Assembly (NCBI GenBank): GCA_965223415.1
Contig: OZ245002.1
Coordinates: 3,776,001-3,840,000, forward strand
Length of the DNA: 64,000 bases
Source of the DNA: Myxococcota bacterium
GTDB lineage: Bacteria > Myxococcota_A > UBA9160 > UBA6930
Reading direction: 5' to 3'
Shown here: in pieces, positions 48,480 to 56,625 of the stretch
Numbering within the stretch: position 1 is the first letter of the stretch
Layout: each line of letters begins with the position of its first letter
Position numbers and translations under genes: made by a program
Notes under the pieces: model-generated
The model's database searches: none
Told to the model about the DNA's origin: nothing
The model's input: the letters and a program-made list of their open reading frames with translations, nothing else

Positions 48480-49858
48480 GGCGCGCGGGAGCGGCGCTCG
48501 GACTCACCCTCCTCCTGACGGGCTGCGTTGCCGTGCCGGAGACGCCCGGCGCGGCGATGCCCGAGCGGGTTCTCACCACGCCGTCGGCGGGAGCGCCCGC
48601 GGTGCTGGTGGTGGCGAGTGTGGCCGGGCTTCCCGCGGCATTGCCGGCTTCCATGCCCACCCTCGGCGAGCTGGCACGGTCGGGGGTCGTCGCCGAGCGG
48701 GTCGATGTGGTGACGCCGGAGAGTCCCTATCCGGTGCACGCCACCTATCTGAGCGGTCGGCGTCCCCGGGATCACGGCATCCTCGGCGATCGGCTGATCG
48801 GCGAGAAGGGAGTACGCCGGGCGCGGCCCTGGCACGCGAGCCACACCCAGGTTCCCGCCCTGTGGGACGGCCTCGACGGCCCCGTGCTCGCCCTCGACTG
48901 GCCCTCGACCCAGGGCGCGCCCGTCGCGGCGGTGCTTCCGGACGTGCAGCCGACCCGGCGCGACGAGACCTGGCTCTCGGTCATCGCCGATTCGACGACG
49001 CCCTGGCTCCTGGCCCTCGCCAAGGCGGCGCCGCCGACGGTCGCGCGGAGCGGCCCCGAGCGGGATCGCTTCCTGGTCGGCGCGGCCTGCACGGCGCTGA
49101 CGTCGGCGGAGCGTCCCCGGCTGGTGCTGCTGCGGCTGCGGGGCGCCGAGCGCGGGGTCCTCGAGCAGGGTCCCCAGGCGGCGGAGGCGGCCTTCGCCGA
49201 GGTGGACCGCGCCCTCGCCACGCTGCTCGGTTGCCTCGATGCGGGGCCCGGCCTCTCCGATGCCGCCGTGGTGGTGGCCGGGGACCGGGCGCTGCGCCCG
49301 GTGCACACGGCCGTGCGCCCCAACCGAACCCTGGCCCACGCCGGTTTGCAGGACGACGACGGCTGGCAGGCGGTGGCGCGATCGAACGGCGGCTCGGCCT
49401 TCGTCTACGCCCGCGATTCCGAGGCCGCCGTCGCGGCGCGCCGGGCGCTGGCCGCCGAGGCCGAGGGCACCGGCGCTTTCCGGGTGGTGTCCGCCGAGGA
49501 GATGATCGCCGCGGCGGCGGATCCGGAGGCCTGGTTCGGGCTCGAGGCCGAGCCCGGCTTCGCCTTCCTCGACGGGCGGCGCGGGCCGTTCCTCGCGCCG
49601 TCTCCCATGCGGGCGAGCGGGGGCTACCTCACGGCGGGCCGGCGCTCGCCGGCCTTCGTCGCCTGGGGGCGGGGGATCCGCAGCGGGCTGGTCGTGCCGA
49701 GCCTCCATCAGCTGGACGTCGCGCCGACCCTGGCCCAGCTTCTCGACGCCCAGCTGCCCGAGGCCGAGGGCCGCAGCCTGATCGGCCTGCTCCGGGTGCC
49801 GGGCGCCGTGGCCGCGCCTCCGCCCGAGGACGAGCTGGAGGCGACGAGTGGCTGGTGA
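48476..49858 (+). CDS. Alkaline phosphatase/NPP-superfamily lipoprotein, apparently degenerate
   Basis: LTGC lipobox; MPTL..LARSG, YPVHATYLSG..P.DHGI, FVAWGRGI, LDVAPTLAQLL; metal ligands not recognisable. Confidence 0.7.
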   Translation: MRRAGAALGLTLLLTGCVAVPETPGAAMPERVLTTPSAGAPAVLVVASVAGLPAALPASMPTLGELARSGVVAERVDVVTPESPYPVHATYLSGRRPRDHGILGDRLIGEKGVRRARPWHASHTQVPALWDGLDGPVLALDWPSTQGAPVAAVLPDVQPTRRDETWLSVIADSTTPWLLALAKAAPPTVARSGPERDRFLVGAACTALTSAERPRLVLLRLRGAERGVLEQGPQAAEAAFAEVDRALATLLGCLDAGPGLSDAAVVVAGDRALRPVHTAVRPNRTLAHAGLQDDDGWQAVARSNGGSAFVYARDSEAAVAARRALAAEAEGTGAFRVVSAEEMIAAAADPEAWFGLEAEPGFAFLDGRRGPFLAPSPMRASGGYLTAGRRSPAFVAWGRGIRSGLVVPSLHQLDVAPTLAQLLDAQLPEAEGRSLIGLLRVPGAVAAPPPEDELEATSGW

Positions 49859-50312
49859 TCGCGCGGAGGTGGAGATCGAGCTCGGAACCCGGGAGCAGCG
49901 CCTGTACGACCGGCTCCGCGGCCGCCTGCAGACGCCGGTGCACGGCGCCCCGACGGGCTTCCGCGACGTGGTCCTGCTGCTGCCGGACCTCACGACCCTG
50001 ATGTTCCGCCTGTTGCGGGACGAGCGCGTGGCGGTGGGCGACAAGGCGATCGCGCTCCTCGGGATCGGCTACGTCCTCTCCCCGATCGACGTCCTTCCCG
50101 AGTTCCTGCTCGGCCCGATCGGCCTCGTCGACGACGTGGTGGTGGTCGCTGCCACCCTCTCGCGGCTCGTGAACCACGTCCACCCCGACGTGGTCCGCTC
50201 CCACTGGTCCGGCCAGGGCGACGCCCTCGAAGCCATCCAACGCCTCACCGGCTGGGCCGAGGACCAGTTCACCGGTCGCCTCCGTGGAGTCGTACGCCGC
50301 CTCCTCGGTTAA
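49848..50312 (+). CDS. DUF1232/YkvA-family protein
   Basis: YVLSPIDVLPE..GLVDD. Confidence 0.85.
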   Translation: MAGDRAEVEIELGTREQRLYDRLRGRLQTPVHGAPTGFRDVVLLLPDLTTLMFRLLRDERVAVGDKAIALLGIGYVLSPIDVLPEFLLGPIGLVDDVVVVAATLSRLVNHVHPDVVRSHWSGQGDALEAIQRLTGWAEDQFTGRLRGVVRRLLG

Positions 50313-50393
50313 GAAACGGGGCCAGAGTTAAGAATGAAGAAACTCTCCCTTTGGGGGGAGTTTCTTCATTCTTAACTCTGGCCCCGTTTCTTA
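50310..50393. repeat. REP-like long inverted repeat, family B
   Basis: Perfect 36-bp arms TAAGAAACGGGGCCAGAGTTAAGAATGAAGAAACTC / reverse complement; starts at the TAA stop; AT-rich. Confidence 0.9.
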
Positions 50394-50418
50394 CGATGAG
50401 GCAGGTAGGCGCTTTCGG

Positions 50419-50841
50419 CTAGAGCAGGCGGCGCATCTGCTCGCGGTCGGTGGAGGGGATGCGGCGGACGCGGCCGGTGGCGTCGACCAGGGCGTGCTCG
50501 GTGGCGGCGAGGGCGACAGTGCCTTCCGGGCCTTCGATGCGGTAGGCGAGGCGCAGGGAGGCGCCGCGGAGCCACTCGAGCCAGCAGGTGACGGCGACCT
50601 CCTCGTCGAAGCGGGTCACGCGCTTGTAGTCCACCTCGACCCGGGTCGTGGCGAAGTGGCGATCCTCGGACACGTACTCCCGGTACGGCCGGTGGTGCTC
50701 CTCCATCCAGCGGATCCGCGCCAGCTCCAGGTACCGCACGTAGTTCGGGTGATGGACGACGCCCATGGCGTCGGTCTCGTAGAACGGCACCCGATGCCGG
50801 ACGGTGCTGGTCGCCGCTCCGGAGGGCGGGTCGTCGTTCAC
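50419..50841 (-). CDS. YbgC/FadM-like acyl-CoA thioesterase
   Basis: VPFYETDAMGVVHHPNYVRYLELAR. Confidence 0.88.
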   Translation of the reverse strand: MNDDPPSGAATSTVRHRVPFYETDAMGVVHHPNYVRYLELARIRWMEEHHRPYREYVSEDRHFATTRVEVDYKRVTRFDEEVAVTCWLEWLRGASLRLAYRIEGPEGTVALAATEHALVDATGRVRRIPSTDREQMRRLL

Positions 50842-51686
50842 TTCCCGCCGCCCACTGGTGCGAAGAGCTCCGGCTGGTGGGCGGGGTCGCGGACCTCCTG
50901 GGGCAGCTCCGCCGGTCGCTCGTGGGCGAAGGCCGGGCAGGCCCTGCGAAACTCGCACCAGCCGCACAGGCCCGATTCCTTCGGCTCCCACTTGTCCTCC
51001 GCCCGGATCGCGTCGATCGCGAGGGCGGTCTTGCGCCGAAGTCGGTCCCGCTGCTCGTCGCTGCGCTGGGAGATCCGCGTCTGGTTGCGCAGGACGTAGT
51101 GCCAGACCAGGCGGATCTCCCCCTCCTCGCCCATCTGGTCCCGCACGCCCAGCTCGTAGAGCCCGAGCTGGCGATCCGCGTCGAGCTGCTCCTGGCGCGG
51201 AACCCGACGCCCGGTCTTGAAATCGTGGATCTCGAGCACCCCGTCCCGCGCCCGTACCAGCCGGTCGATGATTCCGCGAATTGGGTAGCGGCCCGCCGGG
51301 TCGAGGCGGAACTGGATCTTGGTCTCGAGGCCCAGGGTCTCGTCCAGATCGAAGGGGTAGTGCTGGCGGTAGTAGTTCTCCAGGCAGCGGGCGCCGCTCT
51401 GCCGGTAGGCCTGCGCGTCCATCTCGGCCCGGACGATGCGGATCCGATCCCCGTTCCAGGCCTCGGCCCACAGGGCGTGGTAGCGGTAGATCACGCGCGG
51501 CAGCGACGGCACCATGCCCCGGTCCACGAAAGCGTAGAGCCGCTCGAGCACCTCGTGCACGCGCTTGCCCACGAACGCTTCGATGCCCTCGGTCTCGACC
51601 GGGAGCTTCTCCACGTAGCGGTAGTAGTACTGCCTCGGACAGTTCTCGAAGCAGTTGAGGCTGGACGGACTGAAGGTCTTCTGCAC
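50838..51686 (-). CDS. Stand-alone PD-(D/E)xK (RecB/AddB/Cas4-like) nuclease with four Cys
   Basis: SPSSL..CPRQY, H..LE, GIIDRL, DFKTG, QLGLY, CGWC....C. Confidence 0.88.
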   Translation of the reverse strand: MQKTFSPSSLNCFENCPRQYYYRYVEKLPVETEGIEAFVGKRVHEVLERLYAFVDRGMVPSLPRVIYRYHALWAEAWNGDRIRIVRAEMDAQAYRQSGARCLENYYRQHYPFDLDETLGLETKIQFRLDPAGRYPIRGIIDRLVRARDGVLEIHDFKTGRRVPRQEQLDADRQLGLYELGVRDQMGEEGEIRLVWHYVLRNQTRISQRSDEQRDRLRRKTALAIDAIRAEDKWEPKESGLCGWCEFRRACPAFAHERPAELPQEVRDPAHQPELFAPVGGGK

Positions 51687-51719
51687 CCGGACTCGCTGGA
51701 GGCTCTGAGGTCGGGGCGG

Positions 51720-52196
51720 CTAGCGGCCTTGGGGGTCATGCGAGGGTAGCAGCCGTTCCGCCTCCCGGACCACGCGTCGTTCCCCATCGAAGGTGAGTCG
51801 TTCCGCGGCCTCTTCCAGCGGGCACCAGTGGACCCGCTCCATCTCCCCGTCCTGGGCCTGGCCGTCTCCGCTGACGTGCTCCATCAGGAAGTAGTGCACG
51901 ACCTTCGGGACGTGCGCCTCGCGGCCCCGGTGCCAGAAGGCGTAGCGGACCGGCTCGAGGGCGCCGAGCACCCGCGCGACGACGCCGACCTCCTCACGGA
52001 CCTCCCGGACCGCGGCCTCCTCCAGGCTCTCGCCGGGCTCCCGGTGGCCTTTCGGCAGCCGCACGTTGCGGTCCCCGGTGTTCCAGTCCACCTGGTCCGC
52101 GATCAGCACCTCCGGCCCGCCGGCGCCCTGGCGGACCACGACGCCGCCCGCGCTCACCTCCTCGTCTACGCTCCCGCTCACCCGGTCTTCCCCCAC
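51720..52196 (-). CDS. Nudix hydrolase
   Basis: SAGGVV, LPKGHREPGESLEEAAVREVREEVG. Confidence 0.92.
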   Translation of the reverse strand: MGEDRVSGSVDEEVSAGGVVVRQGAGGPEVLIADQVDWNTGDRNVRLPKGHREPGESLEEAAVREVREEVGVVARVLGALEPVRYAFWHRGREAHVPKVVHYFLMEHVSGDGQAQDGEMERVHWCPLEEAAERLTFDGERRVVREAERLLPSHDPQGR

Positions 52197-52254
52197 GCGC
52201 TAGAATCGTGTTTTAGCGCGCCCGATCGGCGGCGCGACCCCGCCCTGGAGACCC

Positions 52255-53130
52255 ATGAGCTCGAAGCGTCTCGAACAGGCCTACGCCGAGGCGATCCAGG
52301 GCCTGGCGGTACCCCGCTCCGACGCGCTCGCCAAGGCCGACGAGGAGGGCTACCCGGACTGGGACCAGGCCGTCGTCTGGGTCGAGCGGCTGAAGCGCGT
52401 GATCCTCCACGAGCGCGACGAGGAGGCGCTGGCGAACGAGATCCCGGACCTGGCCGAGGGGCTGCTCGCCCTGCTGGAGCGTGTCCGCCAGGGCCACGAC
52501 CTCGACCCGGAGGCCGCTACCGAGGCTTTCATCGCCCGGCTCCCGGAGGTGCGAGCCCAGCTGGCCGACGACGTGGAGGCGGCCTTCGAGGGGGATCCGG
52601 CCGCCCGGAGCTTCGGCGAGATCATCGTCGCCTATCCCTCGATCCATGCCATCACGATCTACCGGCTCGCTCACGAGCTCTTCCGGCTCGGCGTGCCGCA
52701 GCTTCCGCGGGTGCTGACGGAGCACGCCCACGCGCGCACCGGCATCGACATCCATCCCGGAGCGACCATCGGGCGGCGGCTGTTCATCGATCACGGCACC
52801 GGCGTGGTGATCGGCGAGAGCAGCGAGATCGGTGACAATGTCCGGCTCTACCACGGTGTGACCCTCGGCGCCTTCTCACCCCGCCGCGGCCAGACGATTC
52901 GCGGCACGAAGCGCCACCCGACGATCGGCGACGACGTGACGATCTATCCCGGTGCCACCATCCTGGGCGGCGAGACCGTGATCGGCAGCGGCAGCGTCGT
53001 GAACGGCAACGCCTACGTGACCGAGTCGGTGCCGCCGAACTCGCGGGTCGTGCCCGAGGCGCCGCGGCAGGAGGTGCGCCAACGGGGCGGCACCCGGCCG
53101 GGGGACGAGCAGCTCCATTGGGACATCTGA
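52255..53130 (+). CDS. cysE: Serine O-acetyltransferase (EpsC/CysE type)
   Basis: GDPAA, YRLAH, TGIDIHPGATIG, FIDHGTGVVIGE, KRHPTIGD. Confidence 0.9.
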   Translation: MSSKRLEQAYAEAIQGLAVPRSDALAKADEEGYPDWDQAVVWVERLKRVILHERDEEALANEIPDLAEGLLALLERVRQGHDLDPEAATEAFIARLPEVRAQLADDVEAAFEGDPAARSFGEIIVAYPSIHAITIYRLAHELFRLGVPQLPRVLTEHAHARTGIDIHPGATIGRRLFIDHGTGVVIGESSEIGDNVRLYHGVTLGAFSPRRGQTIRGTKRHPTIGDDVTIYPGATILGGETVIGSGSVVNGNAYVTESVPPNSRVVPEAPRQEVRQRGGTRPGDEQLHWDI

Positions 53131-54050
53131 TCCGCGCCTCCGCGCTCACGGCCGTCGTGCTCGCGGTCGGCTGCTTCCATTCCGCCGCCTTGGAGCCCGA
53201 CCAGGCGGGGGTCGACTTCCCGGTCCAGGGCGAGTACGCCGGCGGCGAGCCGCCGATCGGGGTGCAGGTGGTCGCCACGGGCGGCGGCACGTTCCGCGCG
53301 GTGACGTACGCGGGCGGGCTCCCGGGCGCCGGCGGCGACCCGGTCAGCCGCCAGGTCTTCCCCGGCCGTTGGGACGGCAACGAGGTGGTCTTCGACGGCG
53401 GGCCCGGGCTGCGCATCCGGGAGGGCCAGCTCCAGGCCGGCGCACATCGCCTGCCGAAGCTCGAGCGCGCCAGTCCGACCCTGGGCGCGGCGCCCCCGGA
53501 CGGTGCGGTCGTGCTGTTCGACGGGCAGGGGGCGGGCGGCTTCGACGGCGAGGTCGACGAGCGGGGGCTGCTTGCCGCCGGGGCCACGAGCCGCGAGCGC
53601 TTCGGCAGCTTCGATCTGCACCTGGAGTTCCGCACGCCCTTCATGCCCACCGCGAGCGGGCAGGCCCGGGGCAACAGCGGCGTCTACCTCCAGGGCCGCT
53701 ACGAGGTGCAGATCCTGGATTCCTTCGGCGAGGTCGGAGAGTGGAACGAGTGCGGCGGCATCTACGAGGTGCAGAAACCCGCCGTGAACATGGCCTTCCC
53801 GCCCTTGACCTGGCAGACCTACGACATGCGCTTCCAGGCCGCGCGCTTCGGAGAGGACGGGGAGAAGCTCGCCCCAGCACGTGTGACGGTCCGTCACAAC
53901 GGCGTGGTGATCCAGGACGACGTGGAGCTGCCCGGCCCGACGGGCCTGGGCGATGCCGAGAGCGCCGAGCCCGGCCCGCTCTACCTGCAGGACCACTGGA
54001 ACCCGGTCTTCTTCCGCAACGTCTGGCTCCTTCCCCACTCGCTACCTTGA
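53118..54050 (+). CDS. DUF1080 (3-keto-disaccharide hydrolase-like) lipoprotein
   Basis: VLFDG, LHLEF, GNSGVY, YEVQILDS, LQDH..PV.FRNVW; AVGC lipobox. Confidence 0.85.
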   Translation: MGHLIRASALTAVVLAVGCFHSAALEPDQAGVDFPVQGEYAGGEPPIGVQVVATGGGTFRAVTYAGGLPGAGGDPVSRQVFPGRWDGNEVVFDGGPGLRIREGQLQAGAHRLPKLERASPTLGAAPPDGAVVLFDGQGAGGFDGEVDERGLLAAGATSRERFGSFDLHLEFRTPFMPTASGQARGNSGVYLQGRYEVQILDSFGEVGEWNECGGIYEVQKPAVNMAFPPLTWQTYDMRFQAARFGEDGEKLAPARVTVRHNGVVIQDDVELPGPTGLGDAESAEPGPLYLQDHWNPVFFRNVWLLPHSLP

Positions 54051-54054
54051 GGCC

Positions 54055-54510
54055 ATGATCGTCCGCAGCGTCGCGCTCCTCTGTCTCGTCGGCATTCTCC
54101 TCGCCGCCCCCGTCGCGGGGGAGGAGAGCTGGGCCTACGGCCTGGCCGGCGACCTGATGAGTCCCTACTGCCCGGGCCGTGCGCTCTCCGAGTGCCCGAG
54201 CCCGAACGCCGAGAAGCTCCGTGTCTGGATCCTCGACCAGGAGAAGGCCGGCCGGAGCCAGGCCGAGGTCGAGGCCCAGCTCTACGAGCAGTTCGGCGAC
54301 CAGCTGCGCCAGTCGCCCAAAGCCGAAGGCGTCGGCCTCGTCGCCTACGCCATTCCCATCGTCGTCTTCCTCGGCGGCGGCCTCCTCGTCGCCGTCTTCC
54401 TCCAGCGCGCCCGCGCCGCCTCCGACCCCGAGCCCGCCACCCCCACCCCCACTCGCCCTACCGCCGACACCGACCTCGAACGCCTCCTCGACGAACAGCT
54501 CGAACGTTAA
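54055..54510 (+). CDS. ccmH: CcmH/CycL-like cytochrome c biogenesis protein
   Basis: Signal peptide, LMSPYCPG..ECPS, G.S..EV....EQFG...P, C-terminal TM. Confidence 0.7.
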   Translation: MIVRSVALLCLVGILLAAPVAGEESWAYGLAGDLMSPYCPGRALSECPSPNAEKLRVWILDQEKAGRSQAEVEAQLYEQFGDQLRQSPKAEGVGLVAYAIPIVVFLGGGLLVAVFLQRARAASDPEPATPTPTRPTADTDLERLLDEQLER

Positions 54511-54511
54511 G

Positions 54512-55897
54512 TTAGGGGCCGGTTCCGTTTGTTAAGTTGTGCTCGGTCTGGTCGGTGAAGGTGACGGGGACGCGGAGGGGATCGGCGCGGCCGGGCAGCG
54601 CGATCCAGAGGTCGCCCTGGTGGCGGCCGGGGTGGCGCAGCTTCACGACGAGCTCGCCGGCGCGTTCGGCGAGCTGGGCCACTTCGGCGTGGCCCATGCC
54701 GACATGGAGGCTCGAGCCGACGACGACAGGGCGATCCGAGGTCGGCGTCAGGGCGAGCAGGCGGCAGCCGCCCGCCGGCACCTCGCGCGGCTCGATCGCC
54801 TCGACGACACCGAGCGGGCGGTTCGGCCAGAACTCGTAGACGTGGACCGGCGCTCCCGGAGGCTCGGGCAGCGCCTCCAGATCGAGGCCGAGGTGCGCGG
54901 GGACCGCGCCCGGGTTCCACAGCAGCACCGCGAACCGCCCTCCCCGCAGCGCCGCCGCCACCCCGTGCTCGCCCACCCGGCGCAGGGGCCGGGCCAGCGG
55001 GGGCAGGGCACGCCGCAGCAGGGTCGCCGCCTCGTCGCCGGCCTCGTCCGGGTGGCCGGCCAGCTCCACGTGCCCGCCGAGGCTGGCCAGGGAGAGCTCC
55101 GTCTCGAGCCGGGCCCGCCCCACGCTCGTCTCGATGGGCGGAGGACCCAGGTGCCATAGCCGCCCCGCCTCGTGGGCCCGGGCCGCCAGGTTCGACGCCG
55201 TGCGCACCGCGCCCGCGTCCTTCCCGGCCACGGCGAGGTGGGGGAGCGTCTGGCTGGTCCGGGCGCCGGGCCAGGACACAACGCCCCGGGGCACCACCCG
55301 CCCGCGGCGTTCCGCCGCCGCGCGCTCGGCCCAGGCTTCGAGCAGGGCGTGCTCTTCGCCGCCGACGCCGATCCACACCCGATCGCCGGGGCGCGCGACG
55401 CCTGGCGCCAGAGGAGCCTCCGCCGCACCGGCCTGCGCCGCGAGCCCGCCGCCCTCGGCGTGGATCCGGGCCACGCCGCCGCCCGTGAACCCGGCAAGCC
55501 CGCGAACCGTGCCATGGCGGAACAGACACCAGGCCCCGGTGGGATCGAAGCGTTCGCCCTGGGCCCCCGCGAGTACGAGGCAGGGCTCCTCGCTCCCGAC
55601 CACGGTGTCCGGGCCGCGGTTCTCGATGCCCAGCTGGTGGGTGAGCCCGCGTCCCGCAGCGTCCACCTCCAACACCCAACGCAGCGCCAAGGCACCCCGG
55701 GCGGCCCGCTGCACCTCGATGCGCTCGGCCGGCCCTGCGGCCGTCTTGATGCGCCCGCGCGCGACGATGGTTGGTGCCCCACCGGCGGACCACGGTGTTC
55801 GAAGCACGAGAGGCTGCCCTCCCGGCGCGAGCACGCGCGCCACGCCGCGGCGCGGCTCGACCTCGAGCCGCAGCCCTTCGCAACGCACCTCGATCAT
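54512..55897 (-). CDS. Hypothetical protein; C-terminus reminiscent of alpha-galactosidase accessory domains
   Basis: Fills the gap between flanking genes; LLWN, VYEFW, VPAGGCRLL, VVGSSLH motifs; no recognisable catalytic barrel. Confidence 0.55.
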   Translation of the reverse strand: MIEVRCEGLRLEVEPRRGVARVLAPGGQPLVLRTPWSAGGAPTIVARGRIKTAAGPAERIEVQRAARGALALRWVLEVDAAGRGLTHQLGIENRGPDTVVGSEEPCLVLAGAQGERFDPTGAWCLFRHGTVRGLAGFTGGGVARIHAEGGGLAAQAGAAEAPLAPGVARPGDRVWIGVGGEEHALLEAWAERAAAERRGRVVPRGVVSWPGARTSQTLPHLAVAGKDAGAVRTASNLAARAHEAGRLWHLGPPPIETSVGRARLETELSLASLGGHVELAGHPDEAGDEAATLLRRALPPLARPLRRVGEHGVAAALRGGRFAVLLWNPGAVPAHLGLDLEALPEPPGAPVHVYEFWPNRPLGVVEAIEPREVPAGGCRLLALTPTSDRPVVVGSSLHVGMGHAEVAQLAERAGELVVKLRHPGRHQGDLWIALPGRADPLRVPVTFTDQTEHNLTNGTGP

Positions 55898-55929
55898 CGC
55901 CGACACAACGGGCCGGTATACTCGCGCCG

Positions 55930-56484
55930 GTGAAGATCTACACCAAGCGCGGCGACGCGGGGGAGACCGATCTGTTCGGCGGCCCCCGCGTCGGCAAGGA
56001 CGACCTGCGCGTCGAGGCCTACGGGGCCGTGGACGAGCTCAACTCCGTGTTGGGCGTCGCGGTCGCTGCTGGCGGCCAGGACGACCTCGCCGCCCTGACC
56101 CGCTCGCTGCAGGGCACGCTCTTCGACCTGGGTGCCTATCTCGCCTCTCCCGATGCGGAGCGGCGCGAGAAGAGCCGCATCCCCGAGCCTCGCATCGAGG
56201 ACGTCGAGGCGCTCGAAGCCCGGATCGACGCCTTCGAGGCCGAGCTCGCTCCGCTGCGCCGCTTCATCCTGCCTGGAGGCACGACCGCGGCCGCGGCCTT
56301 CCACCTGGCTCGCACCGTGTGTCGCCGCGCCGAGCGCCGTGCCGTGGCCCTGGACCGGGCCGAGCCCCTCGATCCCACAGCCCTCCGCTACCTGAACCGC
56401 CTATCCGATCTCTTGTTCGTGCTCGCCCGCGTGGAGAACCACCGGGCGGGCGTCGAGGATGTCGAGTGGGAGGGCGGCGGGTAG
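55930..56484 (+). CDS. pduO: PduO-type ATP:cob(I)alamin adenosyltransferase
   Basis: KIYTKRGDAGET, AYGAVDELNS, FILPGG, RTVCRRAER, YLNRLSDLLF. Confidence 0.92.
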   Translation: MKIYTKRGDAGETDLFGGPRVGKDDLRVEAYGAVDELNSVLGVAVAAGGQDDLAALTRSLQGTLFDLGAYLASPDAERREKSRIPEPRIEDVEALEARIDAFEAELAPLRRFILPGGTTAAAAFHLARTVCRRAERRAVALDRAEPLDPTALRYLNRLSDLLFVLARVENHRAGVEDVEWEGGG

Positions 56485-56625
56485 GCCGGGACCCGGCCGC
56501 GGCGGAGCGGACCCGATGATGCGCACCGGCTCCTCGAAGCGCGCGCGGATGCGGGCGCCGAGCCAGAAGGCCGCCACCAGCTCCAGCGCCAGCAGGATCA
56601 ACACCCAACGCCCCAGTCGCTTCAC
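56401..56625 (-). CDS. Small putative membrane protein downstream of meaB
   Basis: GTGA overlap with the meaB stop; basic N-terminus plus hydrophobic helix; 3' end overlaps pduO antisense by 84 nt. Confidence 0.45.
   Translation of the reverse strand: MKRLGRWVLILLALELVAAFWLGARIRARFEEPVRIIGSAPPRPGPGLPAALPLDILDARPVVLHAGEHEQEIG

Noticed and set aside
50838..51686. Cas4 / CRISPR adaptation module
   Set aside because: No cas1, cas2 or array in the window; motifs fit a generic RecB-like nuclease
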